Below the pieces are notes generated by a model. That model did not search any database, was not told where the DNA came from, and worked only from the letters and a program-made list of their open reading frames with translations. DNA of 63,256 nucleotides, filler included, from Candidatus Fermentibacterota bacterium (GTDB lineage: Bacteria; JAFGKV01): assembly GCA_016928395.1 (NCBI GenBank). It is 8 parts of 8 records of this genome, joined end to end, with 100 filler letters (N's around TTAATTAATTAA, not from the genome) between each part and the next. Parts side by side here need not be neighbours in the genome. Positions count along the whole stretch, not along the records: positions 43,458 to 47,787 come from JAFGKV010000234.1; positions 47,888 to 58,721 come from JAFGKV010000235.1; 6 more parts are not named here. The stretch is one strand, 5' to 3'. This document shows positions 44,447-55,600 of this stretch, piece by piece. Numbering within the stretch: the stretch's first letter is position 1; every line of letters begins with the position of its first letter. The translations under genes were made by a program, and so were the position numbers.

Positions 44447-47446
44447 ATGAACCCGTCGGGCAGAATGAACGTCGCGCAGTTCATCGCGAAGTGGTCGAAG
44501 TCCGAGCTTTCAGAGCGAGCTGCGGCTCAGCAGCATTTTCTGGATCTCTGCGAGCTGCTGGAGCACCCCAAACCTGCCGATGTGGACCCTACGGGTGATA
44601 CCTTCACCTTTGAGCGCGGTGTTACGAAGACAGTCGGCGGTGATGGATGGGCCGACGTGTGGAAGAAGGGCTTCTTCGGCTGGGAGTACAAAGGCAAGCA
44701 CAAGGATCTCGACGCTGCCTACCAGCAACTCCTCCAATACCGAGAGGCGCTGGAGAATCCTCCCCTGCTGGTTGTGTGTGACATGGAGCGCTTCGTTGTC
44801 CGCACGAACTTCACGAACACCCCGGCGACTCATCACGAGGTGTGGCTCAGGGACCTTGGTGCACCGCGAAGTCTGGAGATTCTCCGTGCCGTCTTCTTCG
44901 ATCCGGAGAAGCTGAAGCCCGGCAGGACCAGTCAGGCCATCACTGAGGAAGCCGCTCGGCACCTCGCCGAGATTGCGCAGCGCCTCCGCGACCGGGGCAT
45001 CGATCCGACGGAAGTCGCCAGATTCCTCGACAGGCTTGTGTTCTGCCTCTTTGCCGAAGACATCGAGCTGCTTCCCGGGAACGTCTTTTCCCGGACCGTA
45101 GAGAAGATGAGGCGGGAACCGGAGCGATTGCAGAAACACCTCGATGATCTCTTTCTCTCGATGGCAAAAGGTGGCGAGTTCCTGCTCGAGGACATCCCGT
45201 GTTTCAACGGCAATCTCTTCGACGGAACAAAGGCTCTGCTTCTCACGGAACCTGAGATCGCGAGCATCCAAAGGGCTGCGCAGCTCGACTGGAGCGCAGT
45301 GGAGCCTGCGATCTTCGGGACGCTCTTCGAACGGGGGCTTGATCCCTCCAAACGGTCGCAGATCGGTGCTCACTATACGAGTCGAGAGGATATTGAGACG
45401 CTTGTTGAGCCTGTCGTGATGTGGCCCTTGCGCCGCGAGTGGGAAGAGACTCGGCGGATGGCCGAGAACCTCCTCACGACCGGCCTCAAGAACCCGGACC
45501 GGAAGAGCAGCCGAGCAGGAGGGCCAGAGAAGCGCCGAGAGGGCTCCTTCACACCCACGAAAAAGGTCGTAGACGAGGCCGACACGCTCGTTCAGAGGTT
45601 CCTTCACCGCCTTCGGAGTGTGAAGATACTGGATCCGGCATGCGGTTCGGCGAACTTCCTCTACGTGAGCCTTCAGAAACTGAAGGACCTCGAGAAGGAG
45701 GTCATCACGTGGGCGACCGATCATGGTCTGGGCGGCCTGCTACCGTTCGTAGGTCCGTGGCAGCTCTTTGGCATCGAGGTCAACCCCTACGCCTATGAGC
45801 TAGCCCAGATGGCCATCTGGATCGGCTACCTGCAGTGGTCGCGCGCCAACGGGTTCGGCTACCCAATGGACCCGATCCTCCGCCCCATGGTGAGCAACTT
45901 CCAATGCAAGGATGCCATCATCGATCTGTCTGACTCGGAGAACCCGAGGGAGCCCGAGTGGCCAACGGTTGACTTCATCGTCGGCAATCCACCGTTTCTC
46001 GGCGACAAGATCATGCGAGGAGGTCTGGGTGACGACTACGTGGACCGGCTCCGATCTCTATACGGTGGCCGCATCCCCGGCCAATCCGATCTGTGCTGCT
46101 ACTGGTTCGAGAAGGCCCGCGCCCACATCACCTCCGGCAAGTGCAAGCGCGCCGGGCTACTCGCCACCCAAGGAATACGCGGCGGCGCGAACCGCGAAGT
46201 CCTGAAACGCATCAAGGACGGCGGCGGCATCTTCTGGGCGGAGAGCGACCGCCCTTGGATTCTGGACGGCGCCAACGTTCACGTCAGCATGGTCGGCTTT
46301 GATGATGGAGAAGAGAGAAACGCCATTCTGGACGGTCGACAGGTCTCCGTGATCAACGCCAACCTGACGGCTGCTGCTGACATAGGCAGGGCGTCCTCCC
46401 TTGAAGACAATCTGGGCATCGGTTTCATTGGGGTCGCGCAGAAGGCTCCCTTCGACGTAACTCACTTCAGTGCACTGGGGATGTTGGACAGACCTAATCC
46501 CCACGGCCGTCCCAACTCGGACGTGCTGGTTCCGATACGGAACGCGAAGGACCTGACACAACGGGTGCGAGAGGTCTGGAACATCGACTTCGGGTTGGAC
46601 ATGCCACAGCGTAGTGCCTCTCTCTATGAAGCGCCGTTCTCTCATGTGACGGCGGTGGTTCGACCGCTCCGTGTAGACCATAGGGAAGCCCGGCAGGCGA
46701 AGTACTGGTGGCTCTTCGCTCGCCCCTGTCCCGACATGCGGAAGGCTCTCGCCGGTCTTGGGAGATTCGCGGCCACGCCGAGGGTTTCCAAGCACAGGGT
46801 CGTGGTCTGGCTGCCGCCTGAGGTCCTGTGCGATAGCGCCCTCGTCGTCTTCGCCCGATCCGACGACCTGTTCTTCGGCATCATGCACTCGCGATTCCAC
46901 GAAGTCTGGGCTCTGCGCATGGGGACCCGTCTGGAGACGAGGCCTCGCTATACCCCATCCACCTGCTTTGAGACCTTCCCATTTCCGACGGGCGTCATCC
47001 CGGAGCCCCAAACCCTAGCTCCCGATTCCCCCCTCACCGAGATAGCCTCCTCTGCCAGAGAGCTGAACGATCTCCGCGAGAACTGGCTGAATCCCCCGGA
47101 GTGGACACGGACCGAAATCCTCGAATTCCCCGGCACGGTCGGCGGGCCGTGGGACCGCTACATTGATCCGGCGACGGTTGAGGAACGCGGCACATTCAAG
47201 ATCGGCACCGTCCGCTATCCCCGCCTTGTACCACGCGACGCGGATTGTGCCGCCCGCCTGAAGCAGCGGACCCTCACGAAACTCTACAACGAACGCCCGG
47301 CATGGCTTGCGAATTGCCACCAACGCCTTGACGCTGCCGTCGCCGCCGCCTACGGCTGGAGTCCCGACATCTCAGACGACGAGATCCTCGAACGCCTCCT
47401 GGAACTCAACCTTGAGCGATCGGCAGCGCTGCCCAAACATCCCTGA
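44447..47446 (+). CDS. MmeI-like (Type IIL/IIG) fused restriction endonuclease / N6-adenine methyltransferase
   Basis: N-terminal nuclease (GWADVWKKGFFGWEYK), GAHYTS, motif I LDPACGSANFL, motif IV IVGNPPF, target-recognition domain, RYTPSTCFETFPFP, LTKLYNERP tail. Confidence 0.88.
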   Translation: MNPSGRMNVAQFIAKWSKSELSERAAAQQHFLDLCELLEHPKPADVDPTGDTFTFERGVTKTVGGDGWADVWKKGFFGWEYKGKHKDLDAAYQQLLQYREALENPPLLVVCDMERFVVRTNFTNTPATHHEVWLRDLGAPRSLEILRAVFFDPEKLKPGRTSQAITEEAARHLAEIAQRLRDRGIDPTEVARFLDRLVFCLFAEDIELLPGNVFSRTVEKMRREPERLQKHLDDLFLSMAKGGEFLLEDIPCFNGNLFDGTKALLLTEPEIASIQRAAQLDWSAVEPAIFGTLFERGLDPSKRSQIGAHYTSREDIETLVEPVVMWPLRREWEETRRMAENLLTTGLKNPDRKSSRAGGPEKRREGSFTPTKKVVDEADTLVQRFLHRLRSVKILDPACGSANFLYVSLQKLKDLEKEVITWATDHGLGGLLPFVGPWQLFGIEVNPYAYELAQMAIWIGYLQWSRANGFGYPMDPILRPMVSNFQCKDAIIDLSDSENPREPEWPTVDFIVGNPPFLGDKIMRGGLGDDYVDRLRSLYGGRIPGQSDLCCYWFEKARAHITSGKCKRAGLLATQGIRGGANREVLKRIKDGGGIFWAESDRPWILDGANVHVSMVGFDDGEERNAILDGRQVSVINANLTAAADIGRASSLEDNLGIGFIGVAQKAPFDVTHFSALGMLDRPNPHGRPNSDVLVPIRNAKDLTQRVREVWNIDFGLDMPQRSASLYEAPFSHVTAVVRPLRVDHREARQAKYWWLFARPCPDMRKALAGLGRFAATPRVSKHRVVVWLPPEVLCDSALVVFARSDDLFFGIMHSRFHEVWALRMGTRLETRPRYTPSTCFETFPFPTGVIPEPQTLAPDSPLTEIASSARELNDLRENWLNPPEWTRTEILEFPGTVGGPWDRYIDPATVEERGTFKIGTVRYPRLVPRDADCAARLKQRTLTKLYNERPAWLANCHQRLDAAVAAAYGWSPDISDDEILERLLELNLERSAALPKHP

Positions 47447-48078
47447 GCCGCTTGGCTGTCACGTCTTATAGAGAGGGCGGCCAGCGCACCCATCATTTTG
47501 ACCTCCCGGGCCCGGTGGGGCGTTGATCCCGCACGCGGAACTGCCAAGCGTCCAGGGCTTCCACGCTCGGTCCCGACTCCGCGGGACACGGGGCAGGCGG
47601 ATGGGATCGGTGCGCCGTGCGACCAACCCCGCGGCGCCTCCCCCGCGCCGTCGGTCGCGCCACCTACCAGAGCGGGGGAGTCGGCTCTCTTCGACCGGGG
47701 GGGCCCCGGTGCGGGTGCCGGGGGCTGAACGGGCGCCGGACTCCCGCGGCCTCCGTGAAGGCCGCGGCTCTGCTGATGCCCGTGCTCNNNNNNNNNNNNN
47801 NNNNNNNNNNNNNNNNNNNNNNNNNNNNNNNTTAATTAATTAANNNNNNNNNNNNNNNNNNNNNNNNNNNNNNNNNNNNNNNNNNNNCCGCGTCTCTCCA
47901 GAGTCCATTGACCGCCTCTACCTGCTCCATTCCCCTCCAGAAACTTGACATTTTACCTACGTCCCGGGGGCCCAGAAGATCGGCCCGCGCGTGCGCAGAG
48001 CAACGGTCATATAGGACATGTCCTATGTATGACACGTCCTATATGCTTCAGAGCCGCGATCCTTGCAGAGACGCCGGA

Positions 48079-49695
48079 TCACCGCCGTTGGACGGCTTTG
48101 CAGTGCTGCGTGAGTTCAGCCTGGAGGGCGCTGAATCGCCGGTACGTCGTGCGGATATCGTCCAGCCACGCCTCTGTTTCGGGAGTGGGTTCGGCTGCGA
48201 CACATGCGGCTGCGAGCATTGCCGCGTGGCCGTAGTGGCTCCGGCGCTTGTGCTTCGTGACACCTGCAATGCGCTTCTCAGCGGCCGTACGCAGGGCCTT
48301 CAGAATGGCCGTGCGATCCGCGGGGCAGAGGTCCCCGCCGATTCCCGCCAGCGCGATGATCTCTTCGACAGTGGGGTCTGCAAGGACAGGGCCGTGGGGT
48401 TCCACGTCCCGCACCTCCTCCTCATCGATGCCATTGCCTGGGCCGAGTCGCGGGATGCCCTCCGACCGCGACTCCGCAGCCGCGACGCCGAGAAACCGAC
48501 AGAAGAGGGAAACGAGCAGGTGCCCGGGATGTTCATCGTTCGACCAGCCCATCCCAGGGGCTGATGCCAGCAGCTTCGCTGCCCGCGTGAGCTCGCCGAG
48601 AAGCACATGAAGCAAGGCCCGCTGGCGCTGAGCCGGCGTGGGACACACCCCAATCGCCTCCGAAGCTCTCTCCTTCGCCACGGTACTGCTGTCGGACGAG
48701 CCGAGCCATCGCCGAAGCCGCAGCAAGCTGGGAGCTTCCCGCCATGCGCGCTCGAGGCGTTGCGGCAGGTCGCCCCGTCCCAGCTCTTGTGCCGCGAGAG
48801 CAGCCCCCTCGAAGAAGCGCCCCCGCCAGTGAACATCCGCAGACACGATCTGGGCTGCTTCCTCACACCCAGCGAGGGCGGCCTCCCAGTCCTTCCTCTC
48901 AACCAACGCCCGACACCATTCACTGAGGTCCTCCGGTCGCTTCGTCGTGCGTGCGATCCTGGCCAGCCCATCAGGGCCTTCCAACCGACCAACAACCTCA
49001 CGTAGCCACCGGTCTTCATCCGTGTCATGGTCGCGGTGTCGCTCCACCCGGGGGCTAGACTCGAGAAGCGCTTTCCACTGGGAGAGGAACTGGTCCAGCT
49101 CGGGCAGCGGCTCCACTGCCACGCGCTCCATCTTGCGCAGCGGCTCCCAGAAGCTTCCGATGGATTGGATCTCGTTGAGAGCAGCGCGAACAGCCTCAGC
49201 GCGCCGTCCGGCATGTTCGGTCATGTAGGTGGCAACGACGTAGTGTGCCGCACAGGCGGCGACATCGACATTGAGGACCTCATCGAGCATCTCGTGTTCG
49301 CCAAGGTGTATCGCTCCCTCGCCCATGGGGAGGAGCAGTGCCCGGAAGATCCGCAACGCAGCTCCATAGTCCCTGGCAAGGAATGCGTTGGATGCCTGCC
49401 GCAGGCAGTCGTCGACCTCTTCTGGGTCGGCGTATCCGTCCCGAACGGCGGATTCGGCGAATGCGAGGATCCGAGCGATGTTCCGCTCCGTCGGCGGCGC
49501 AGGCGCCCATCCCGAGTCACTGTGGCTCGCGCGCGCTATCACCATGTTGGCCAGTCGCGAATGCGATGCCTCTTCGAGCCAAGGGATGATATCACGAATG
49601 AGCTGTCGGAGCTCGTCTTCGCTCATCGTTTCCAGTGCGGCGTCAGCGTCAGACGAATGCCGCGGCGACACGGGTGTCCGCCTTCGTCGTCTCAT
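48079..49695 (-). CDS. Hypothetical alpha-helical protein (538 aa)
   Basis: Long ORF coupled by a 4-bp overlap to the upstream gene; C-terminal KRRSHYGHAA...RRFSALQAEL. Confidence 0.75.
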   Translation of the reverse strand: MRRRRRTPVSPRHSSDADAALETMSEDELRQLIRDIIPWLEEASHSRLANMVIARASHSDSGWAPAPPTERNIARILAFAESAVRDGYADPEEVDDCLRQASNAFLARDYGAALRIFRALLLPMGEGAIHLGEHEMLDEVLNVDVAACAAHYVVATYMTEHAGRRAEAVRAALNEIQSIGSFWEPLRKMERVAVEPLPELDQFLSQWKALLESSPRVERHRDHDTDEDRWLREVVGRLEGPDGLARIARTTKRPEDLSEWCRALVERKDWEAALAGCEEAAQIVSADVHWRGRFFEGAALAAQELGRGDLPQRLERAWREAPSLLRLRRWLGSSDSSTVAKERASEAIGVCPTPAQRQRALLHVLLGELTRAAKLLASAPGMGWSNDEHPGHLLVSLFCRFLGVAAAESRSEGIPRLGPGNGIDEEEVRDVEPHGPVLADPTVEEIIALAGIGGDLCPADRTAILKALRTAAEKRIAGVTKHKRRSHYGHAAMLAAACVAAEPTPETEAWLDDIRTTYRRFSALQAELTQHCKAVQRR

Positions 49696-50912
49696 GTGAG
49701 CTCCAACCTCCTCCCGAGCATCTGTGTGACGAAGCCTCCTGGTGATCTGTCCTCGGAGACGAGTTCCCGGATCCGGCCAAAGGTCTCGTCGGCACGGCCT
49801 GCGTGCTCAGCCGCCTTCATGGTGTGGGTGTAGGCGGCGACTACATCGAATCCGGTGATCTCGTAGCCGTATCCTTTGACCAACCAACGCAGGGCCGCCA
49901 TACCGGCTTCAATGGCGAACGCGGGGTTCTTCTCGGCATAGTCGCGGGCGGCCCGGGTCAGTGTCTGCGGTGCGCAAGGGTTCGCGTTGGCCAGCGCAAT
50001 GGCCTCATCGAGCATTCCGGCGTCCTTCGCTGCCGCGAACCACTTGCCTTCTTCGCCGGGCGTCAGCCTCACCAGGTCGGCCAGGATCTCGGCTTTCTCC
50101 TTGTGGGGATACTTCTTTGCCACCGCCCGGAACCACGCGAGGTAGGTTCCCGCCCGATTGGCAGTCAGCCCGTACCGTCGATACGCGTCTTCAGCAAAGC
50201 CGGAGGAGAGAAGGGCTTCCTCGCACAACCGGTCAATGGCCAGGTCGTTGGCCCACGGGTTCCGGCAATCTTCCGCGTATCGAAGCGCCTCGGCCCTCTT
50301 TCCCCGCGCTATGAGAGCCTTTGCGGCCCACTGCCGGTAATGCCAGAGCCGGGCGCCTTGGGCCAGTTCGAGCAGTTCATCGTAGCGCCCGGCGGCATAC
50401 AAGGCCGACAGGCATGCCGTCGCGCCGTGGAAGTGGTGGCCCGGCGGACTCTGCGGACTCAGCACCCTTCGCGTGATGTCGATGAGCTGATCCGCCCACC
50501 GCGATGCCACCTCAGGCGACGCACACAGCTCGCCCCAGTAGTCCGCCAGCAGCTCGATGTAGGGTATCCCATCGTCGGCATGGGCCTGGAACAGCCGTTC
50601 CAGCCACGCTTCGCGGGTGCTATCATCTGCCGGTGCCTCGGCAACAATCTTCACCAGAACATCGATGGCATGGTTGACCGCGGTGCCGATGGCGCCCGAC
50701 GAGCTGTCCACCTGCTCCAACGCAGGCGAGACCTTCTCCAGGAAGAGCACCGCGCCCTCTGCAGCGAGCAGCGTGTCAGTCCGAGACACCTTCCGGATCT
50801 CTGACACCGCTTCCTTGACACGGGTGATGGCCGGCTGCGACCTCCACCCGAATGCATGCCGACGGAAACGGGCCTTGAACTGCCAAGGGTGTGCTGTTTG
50901 TCGCGTACTCAT
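49692..50912 (-). CDS. Conserved hypothetical TPR-like helical protein (406 aa)
   Basis: WQFKARFRRHAFGWRSQPA...EQVDSSSGAIG...GKWFAAAK...GYGYEIT; RBS GAGGAGGG. Confidence 0.8.
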   Translation of the reverse strand: MSTRQTAHPWQFKARFRRHAFGWRSQPAITRVKEAVSEIRKVSRTDTLLAAEGAVLFLEKVSPALEQVDSSSGAIGTAVNHAIDVLVKIVAEAPADDSTREAWLERLFQAHADDGIPYIELLADYWGELCASPEVASRWADQLIDITRRVLSPQSPPGHHFHGATACLSALYAAGRYDELLELAQGARLWHYRQWAAKALIARGKRAEALRYAEDCRNPWANDLAIDRLCEEALLSSGFAEDAYRRYGLTANRAGTYLAWFRAVAKKYPHKEKAEILADLVRLTPGEEGKWFAAAKDAGMLDEAIALANANPCAPQTLTRAARDYAEKNPAFAIEAGMAALRWLVKGYGYEITGFDVVAAYTHTMKAAEHAGRADETFGRIRELVSEDRSPGGFVTQMLGRRLELT

Positions 50913-51043
50913 GCTCCCTCCTCAAGGTGCCGCCTCACCTCGCGTAGGCGGCTCTAGAGGTCACTCATGTCCGCCACCACGATCGCTGAAGAACGACCCA
51001 ATCTCATGGGGGGCTCGCCAGCAGCCACGTGCCGTGATCGGCG

Positions 51044-51706
51044 TCAGCCCATGTGCTCACTCCTCGGCCGCCGCCTCGCGGCGTATGCCTTCAAGAGGAG
51101 GGGTGTTTCGCCTTCAGCGTGGCCAGAGACAGGAAACTCAAGCTCCCTCAGGAGATCCAAGCCGTTCTCCCGAAGTAGCGCGCCGATTTGCTCTTCTCCA
51201 TGCCGGAACATGGTTACTCGCGTGTCTGCGTGCTGGACCTGGAAGTCGGAACTCTCACCGATGCGGCGATGTGCCACCACAAAGGCGAACACCCCACCAG
51301 CTCTCAGAATCCGGGATGTCTCGTGGAACATAGGGCCCAGATCTTCGAAGTGATTGAGCACGCCGGCGCAGACGGCGTGGTCGAGCGTCGCGGAGGCGTA
51401 GGGGTAGGGCGCTTCGTTCAGATCGTGTACCTTCAGATCCTTGGCAAACCCCTTGTTCCGGCACACATCCAGCATCTCGGGCGACATATCCATGCCGAAA
51501 ACGTCGAGCCCGGCCTTGTGGAACAGCACCGAACCGAGCCCGGTACCTATGCCGATGTCGAGCACCGATTGACCTGGTTCCACGAAGGCGTACGTGAGAC
51601 CGAAGACCACCTCCGGGCCGCGCCAGCCCTGCGCGTCTTTGCTGCGGTCATACTCGTTGGCCATTTCGCTGCATCGCGAGGCAACGGACTCTTCTCCACG
51701 GCTCAT
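51044..51706 (-). CDS. Class I SAM-dependent methyltransferase
   Basis: VLDIGIGTGL, GMDMSPEML, LRAGGVFAF. Confidence 0.88.
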   Translation of the reverse strand: MSRGEESVASRCSEMANEYDRSKDAQGWRGPEVVFGLTYAFVEPGQSVLDIGIGTGLGSVLFHKAGLDVFGMDMSPEMLDVCRNKGFAKDLKVHDLNEAPYPYASATLDHAVCAGVLNHFEDLGPMFHETSRILRAGGVFAFVVAHRRIGESSDFQVQHADTRVTMFRHGEEQIGALLRENGLDLLRELEFPVSGHAEGETPLLLKAYAARRRPRSEHMG

Positions 51707-52056
51707 TCAGCCCGCCTTTCTTGAGAATCCGGGATGCCTAATTGACACACATCCGGCCTCGGAAGAACGGCACAGAGCAACCCTGTGTCATCCATGGGCT
51801 TCGCGGATCCCCCCCTCGCGCATGATCGCTAGGAAGCGAAGATCCGCCCGGCGCAGTCTGTCTTGGTTCAGACTGCTCCAGACTCGCCGGATGACCGCTC
51901 ACCTCAGGAACACAGGGATCAGGCGGAACGACGCCGTCACAGTTCGGAGCACTCGGGTGCCCCCGGGTGTACGAGACACGGAGCAATTCTTGATAGTCAT
52001 TGCGGCACACTGCAACGCAGCGGGGAGCGGCCTGGTCACCAACTCCCACGTCCGCC

Positions 52057-52420
52057 ATGATACATCGTCGCGAGTCACTGCTGATCGTCGCCGGCACGAC
52101 CTGCTTGGCACTGGCCGTGGCGGGCATCCTCCTTCGTGTGGTGCCCACGACTCCGTTTCTGTCGCTCGCAGCCGTCTGCTACGCCCGGAGTTCCCGGCGC
52201 TCCTACCATCGGCTCATGACCAATCGGCGGCTCGGTGCGCATCTCAGCGAATAGAGAAGGGGCCTGGGCATCTCGTGGAGGCAGCGAATCCTCACCGTGC
52301 CGCTTCTCTGGTTGACCATTGGGTATGCCAGTTGGTGCGTGGTCTCCCTGACCTGACTCCGGGTGATTCTAATCGATATCGCGACCGACGTCACAGTCAA
52401 CATAGTGACGATCAAGGGAC
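52057..52420 (+). pseudogene. ybaN: YbaN/DUF454 membrane protein pseudogene
   Basis: LAVAGILLRVVPTTPFLSLAAVCYARSS; in-frame TAG (52252-52254) and a later in-frame TGA interrupt the frame. Confidence 0.7.
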
Positions 52421-52699
52421 ATGGTCGGGAGAGCCGGGCCAATAGCGGTTCTTCGGTGCTCACCAGACGTGCCATTTGCCTTCGAATGCCGTCTGGGATA
52501 GCTTCTCCAAATCGAGCCATGAGTAACCCTCCTTTGGCGCGGGTACGCGTTCATCTGCGGAGGAATCGCATCATGGCTTGTGCTCGTTGAATGGCTCGAC
52601 GCTGCCTACGTCCCACTTGGAGCACGGGGTGTTCGTATGGTGAGTGGGTTGGCAGACGATGCCCGCCTCGTATGACGCAGAGATCGATAGGAGGATTTC

Positions 52700-55600
52700 G
52701 TGACACGTTACTCCACTCGCGTTCTTCATCGCATCATGGCCGTGGTTGCGCTGCTCACCGGAACCGTCGTGACCGCGGCAGGAGGAAGCGTGGATGAACA
52801 GGTCGTGGACGCCTCCGGGGATCGGTGGGAGCAACGAAAGGCGTGGGCCGGGGTGTCGCTGCCGGCGGGGGGTTCTTCCGCGGAACACGGTAGTGATCTG
52901 AGAGGGCCGTCGCCCGGTGCCGAGCCTGTATGTCCCGAGGGCATCGATCCCGGGTGGTGGGGAACGGTGCAGCGCGACGTCGCCGCGGATATCGCGGCAT
53001 CGGAGTACCATATCCGCTGGAACGAGAATGCGGGCGCATACCAGTCGCCGAACCGGGCGCAGAACCTGCGATTTACGTTTTGGGGAGACGGTTTCGCGGC
53101 ACAGCCCCTGGCCCAGGAGGAGGGCGACCATTCCTGGAGGCTGGCCCTGAGGCTTGCGGCGTGGGGGCGGGAGGATGCGACTCAGGAGTTTCAGGCAGGA
53201 GGTCTTCGGGTTGATAATAGCCGTGCGGAGGCCGAGGGCCGCGGCGTGACGGTGATGTACCGGAACGACCGCGAGGGCATGCGGCAGGACTTCCTGGTCA
53301 GGGAGCGCCCGGGTGGAACGGGGCCGCTGCGGGTGTGGGTGAACCTGGAGATAGACGGTGCCGTCATGGAGGTGGAGCCGGACGGCCGTCATGTCTCGTT
53401 TCGGAAGGAAGTCGCGGGTGGTGCACGGGTGATGTCATACGGAGACTTGAAGGTTACCGATGCGGCGGGCCGCGTGCTCGAGGCAGCGATTGAGAGGGAT
53501 GGCGACGGGTGTGCCATCGTGGTGGATGATGCCGATGCCGTGTATCCCGTGTTGATCGATCCCTTGTCGTCTTCGCCGGACTGGACGGCCTCGGGGGAAG
53601 GGACCGGCGACGCTTTCGGCTATTCGGTGGCGACGGCCGGCGACGTAAACGGCGACGGCTACTCAGACGTGGTGGTCGGGGCATGGGGGGTTTCGATCGA
53701 TGTGGGGAAGGCGTATCTCTACCTGGGGAGCGCGTCGGGACTGTCGGCCACGGCCTCCTGGATAGCGTTGGGGCAGGGCCCCGACAACTGCTTCGGCCGT
53801 GCGGTGGGAACAGCGGGTGATGTAAACGGCGACGGCTACTCAGACGTGGTGATCGGGGCCGACGGGTACGCGAGCAATACCGGGAGGGCGTACGTGTATC
53901 TGGGGAGCGCGTCGGGACTGTTCGCCACTGCCTCCTGGACGAAGTCCGGCGAGGCAGCCAGCAACTACTTCGGCCGTGCGGTGGCGACGGCGGGTGATGT
54001 GAACGGCGACGGCTACTCCGACGTGGTGGTCGGGGCCTACGCGAGCGCAACGGGGGCCGGGAAGGCGTACCTGTATCTGGGGAGCGCATCCGGACTCGCG
54101 ACCACTGCCTCTTGGACGAAGTCCGGCGAGACGGCCAGCAACTACTTCGGCTACTCGGTGGCGAGTGCGGGGGATGTGAACGGAGACGGCTTCTCCGATG
54201 TGGTTATCGGCGCCCACAGGCATGGCAACTATACCGGGAAGGCGTATCTCTACCTGGGGAGTGCCTCGGGACTGTTGGCCACAGCATCCTGGACGGCCTC
54301 GGGGGAGGCGACGCTCAACTACTTCGGCTATTCGGTGGCGACGGCGGGCGACGTGAACGGAGACGGATTCTCCGACGTGCTGATCGGAGCCCACAGGAAC
54401 ACGAGCATGGCCGGTAGGGCGTACCTGTATTTGGGAAGCGCGTCGGGGCTCGAGGCCGCGGCATCCTGGACCGCCTCGGGGGAGGCGGCCAGCAACTTCT
54501 TTGGCCGCTCGGTGGCCACAGCCGGCGACGTAAATGGCGACGGCTACTCCGACGTGGTGATCGGGGCCGACGGAAACGCGATCAATACCGGGAAGGCGTA
54601 CGTCTACCTGGGGAGCGCGTCGGGACTGTCGGCCACGGCCTCCTGGATTGCGCTGGGGCAGGGCCCCGACAACTGCTTCGGCCGTGCGGTGGGAACAGCG
54701 GGGGATGTGAACGGCGACGGCTACTCCGACGTGGTGGTCGGCGCCTGGGGGAACACGAGCGAGACCGGGAAGGCATACCTGTACCTGGGGAGCGCATCGG
54801 GGCCGTCGGCCACAGACTCCTGGACGGCCTTGGGGGAGGGGACCGACAACCGCTTCGGCTGTTCGGTGGCGACTGCGGGGGATGTCAATGGAGACGGCTA
54901 CTCGGACGTGGTGGCCGGAGCCTGGGGGTACGCGGGAGATATGGGGAAGGCGTACCTGTACCTGGGGAGCGCGGCGGGGTTGTCGACCACAGCCTCCTGG
55001 ACGGCCACGGGCGAGGGGGCCAATAACTACCTCGGGAATTCGGTGGCGAGTGCAGGCGACGTGAACGGCGACGGCTACTCGGACGTGGTGGTCGGCGCCT
55101 GGGGGTACCTGGGCTACAGCGGGAAGACGTACCTGTACCTGGGGAGCGCGTCGGGGCTGTCGGCCACTGCCGCCTGGACGGCCACGGGCGAGGGGGCCAG
55201 CAACCACTTTGGCCAATCGGTGGCGAGTGCAGGCGACGTGAATGGAGACGGCTACTCCGACGTGGTCGTCGGGGCTGAAGGGTACGCGGGGCGTACGGGA
55301 AAGGCGTACCTGTACCTGGGGAGCGCGACGGGGCTGTTGCCCGCGGCCTCCTGGACGGCCACGGGAGAGGGGGCGAACAACAACCTCGGGAATTCGGTGG
55401 CGAGTGCGGGGGACGTAAACGGAGACGGCTACTCCGACGTGGTGGTCGGGGCGTGGGGGAACGCGGGCAGTTACGGGAAGACGTACCTGTACCTGGGGAG
55501 CGCGTCGGGGCTGTCGGCCGTGGCCTCCTGGACGAAGTCGGGGGAGGCGACCAGCAACTACTTCGGCTATTCGGTGGCGAGTGCGGGGGACGTGGATGGC

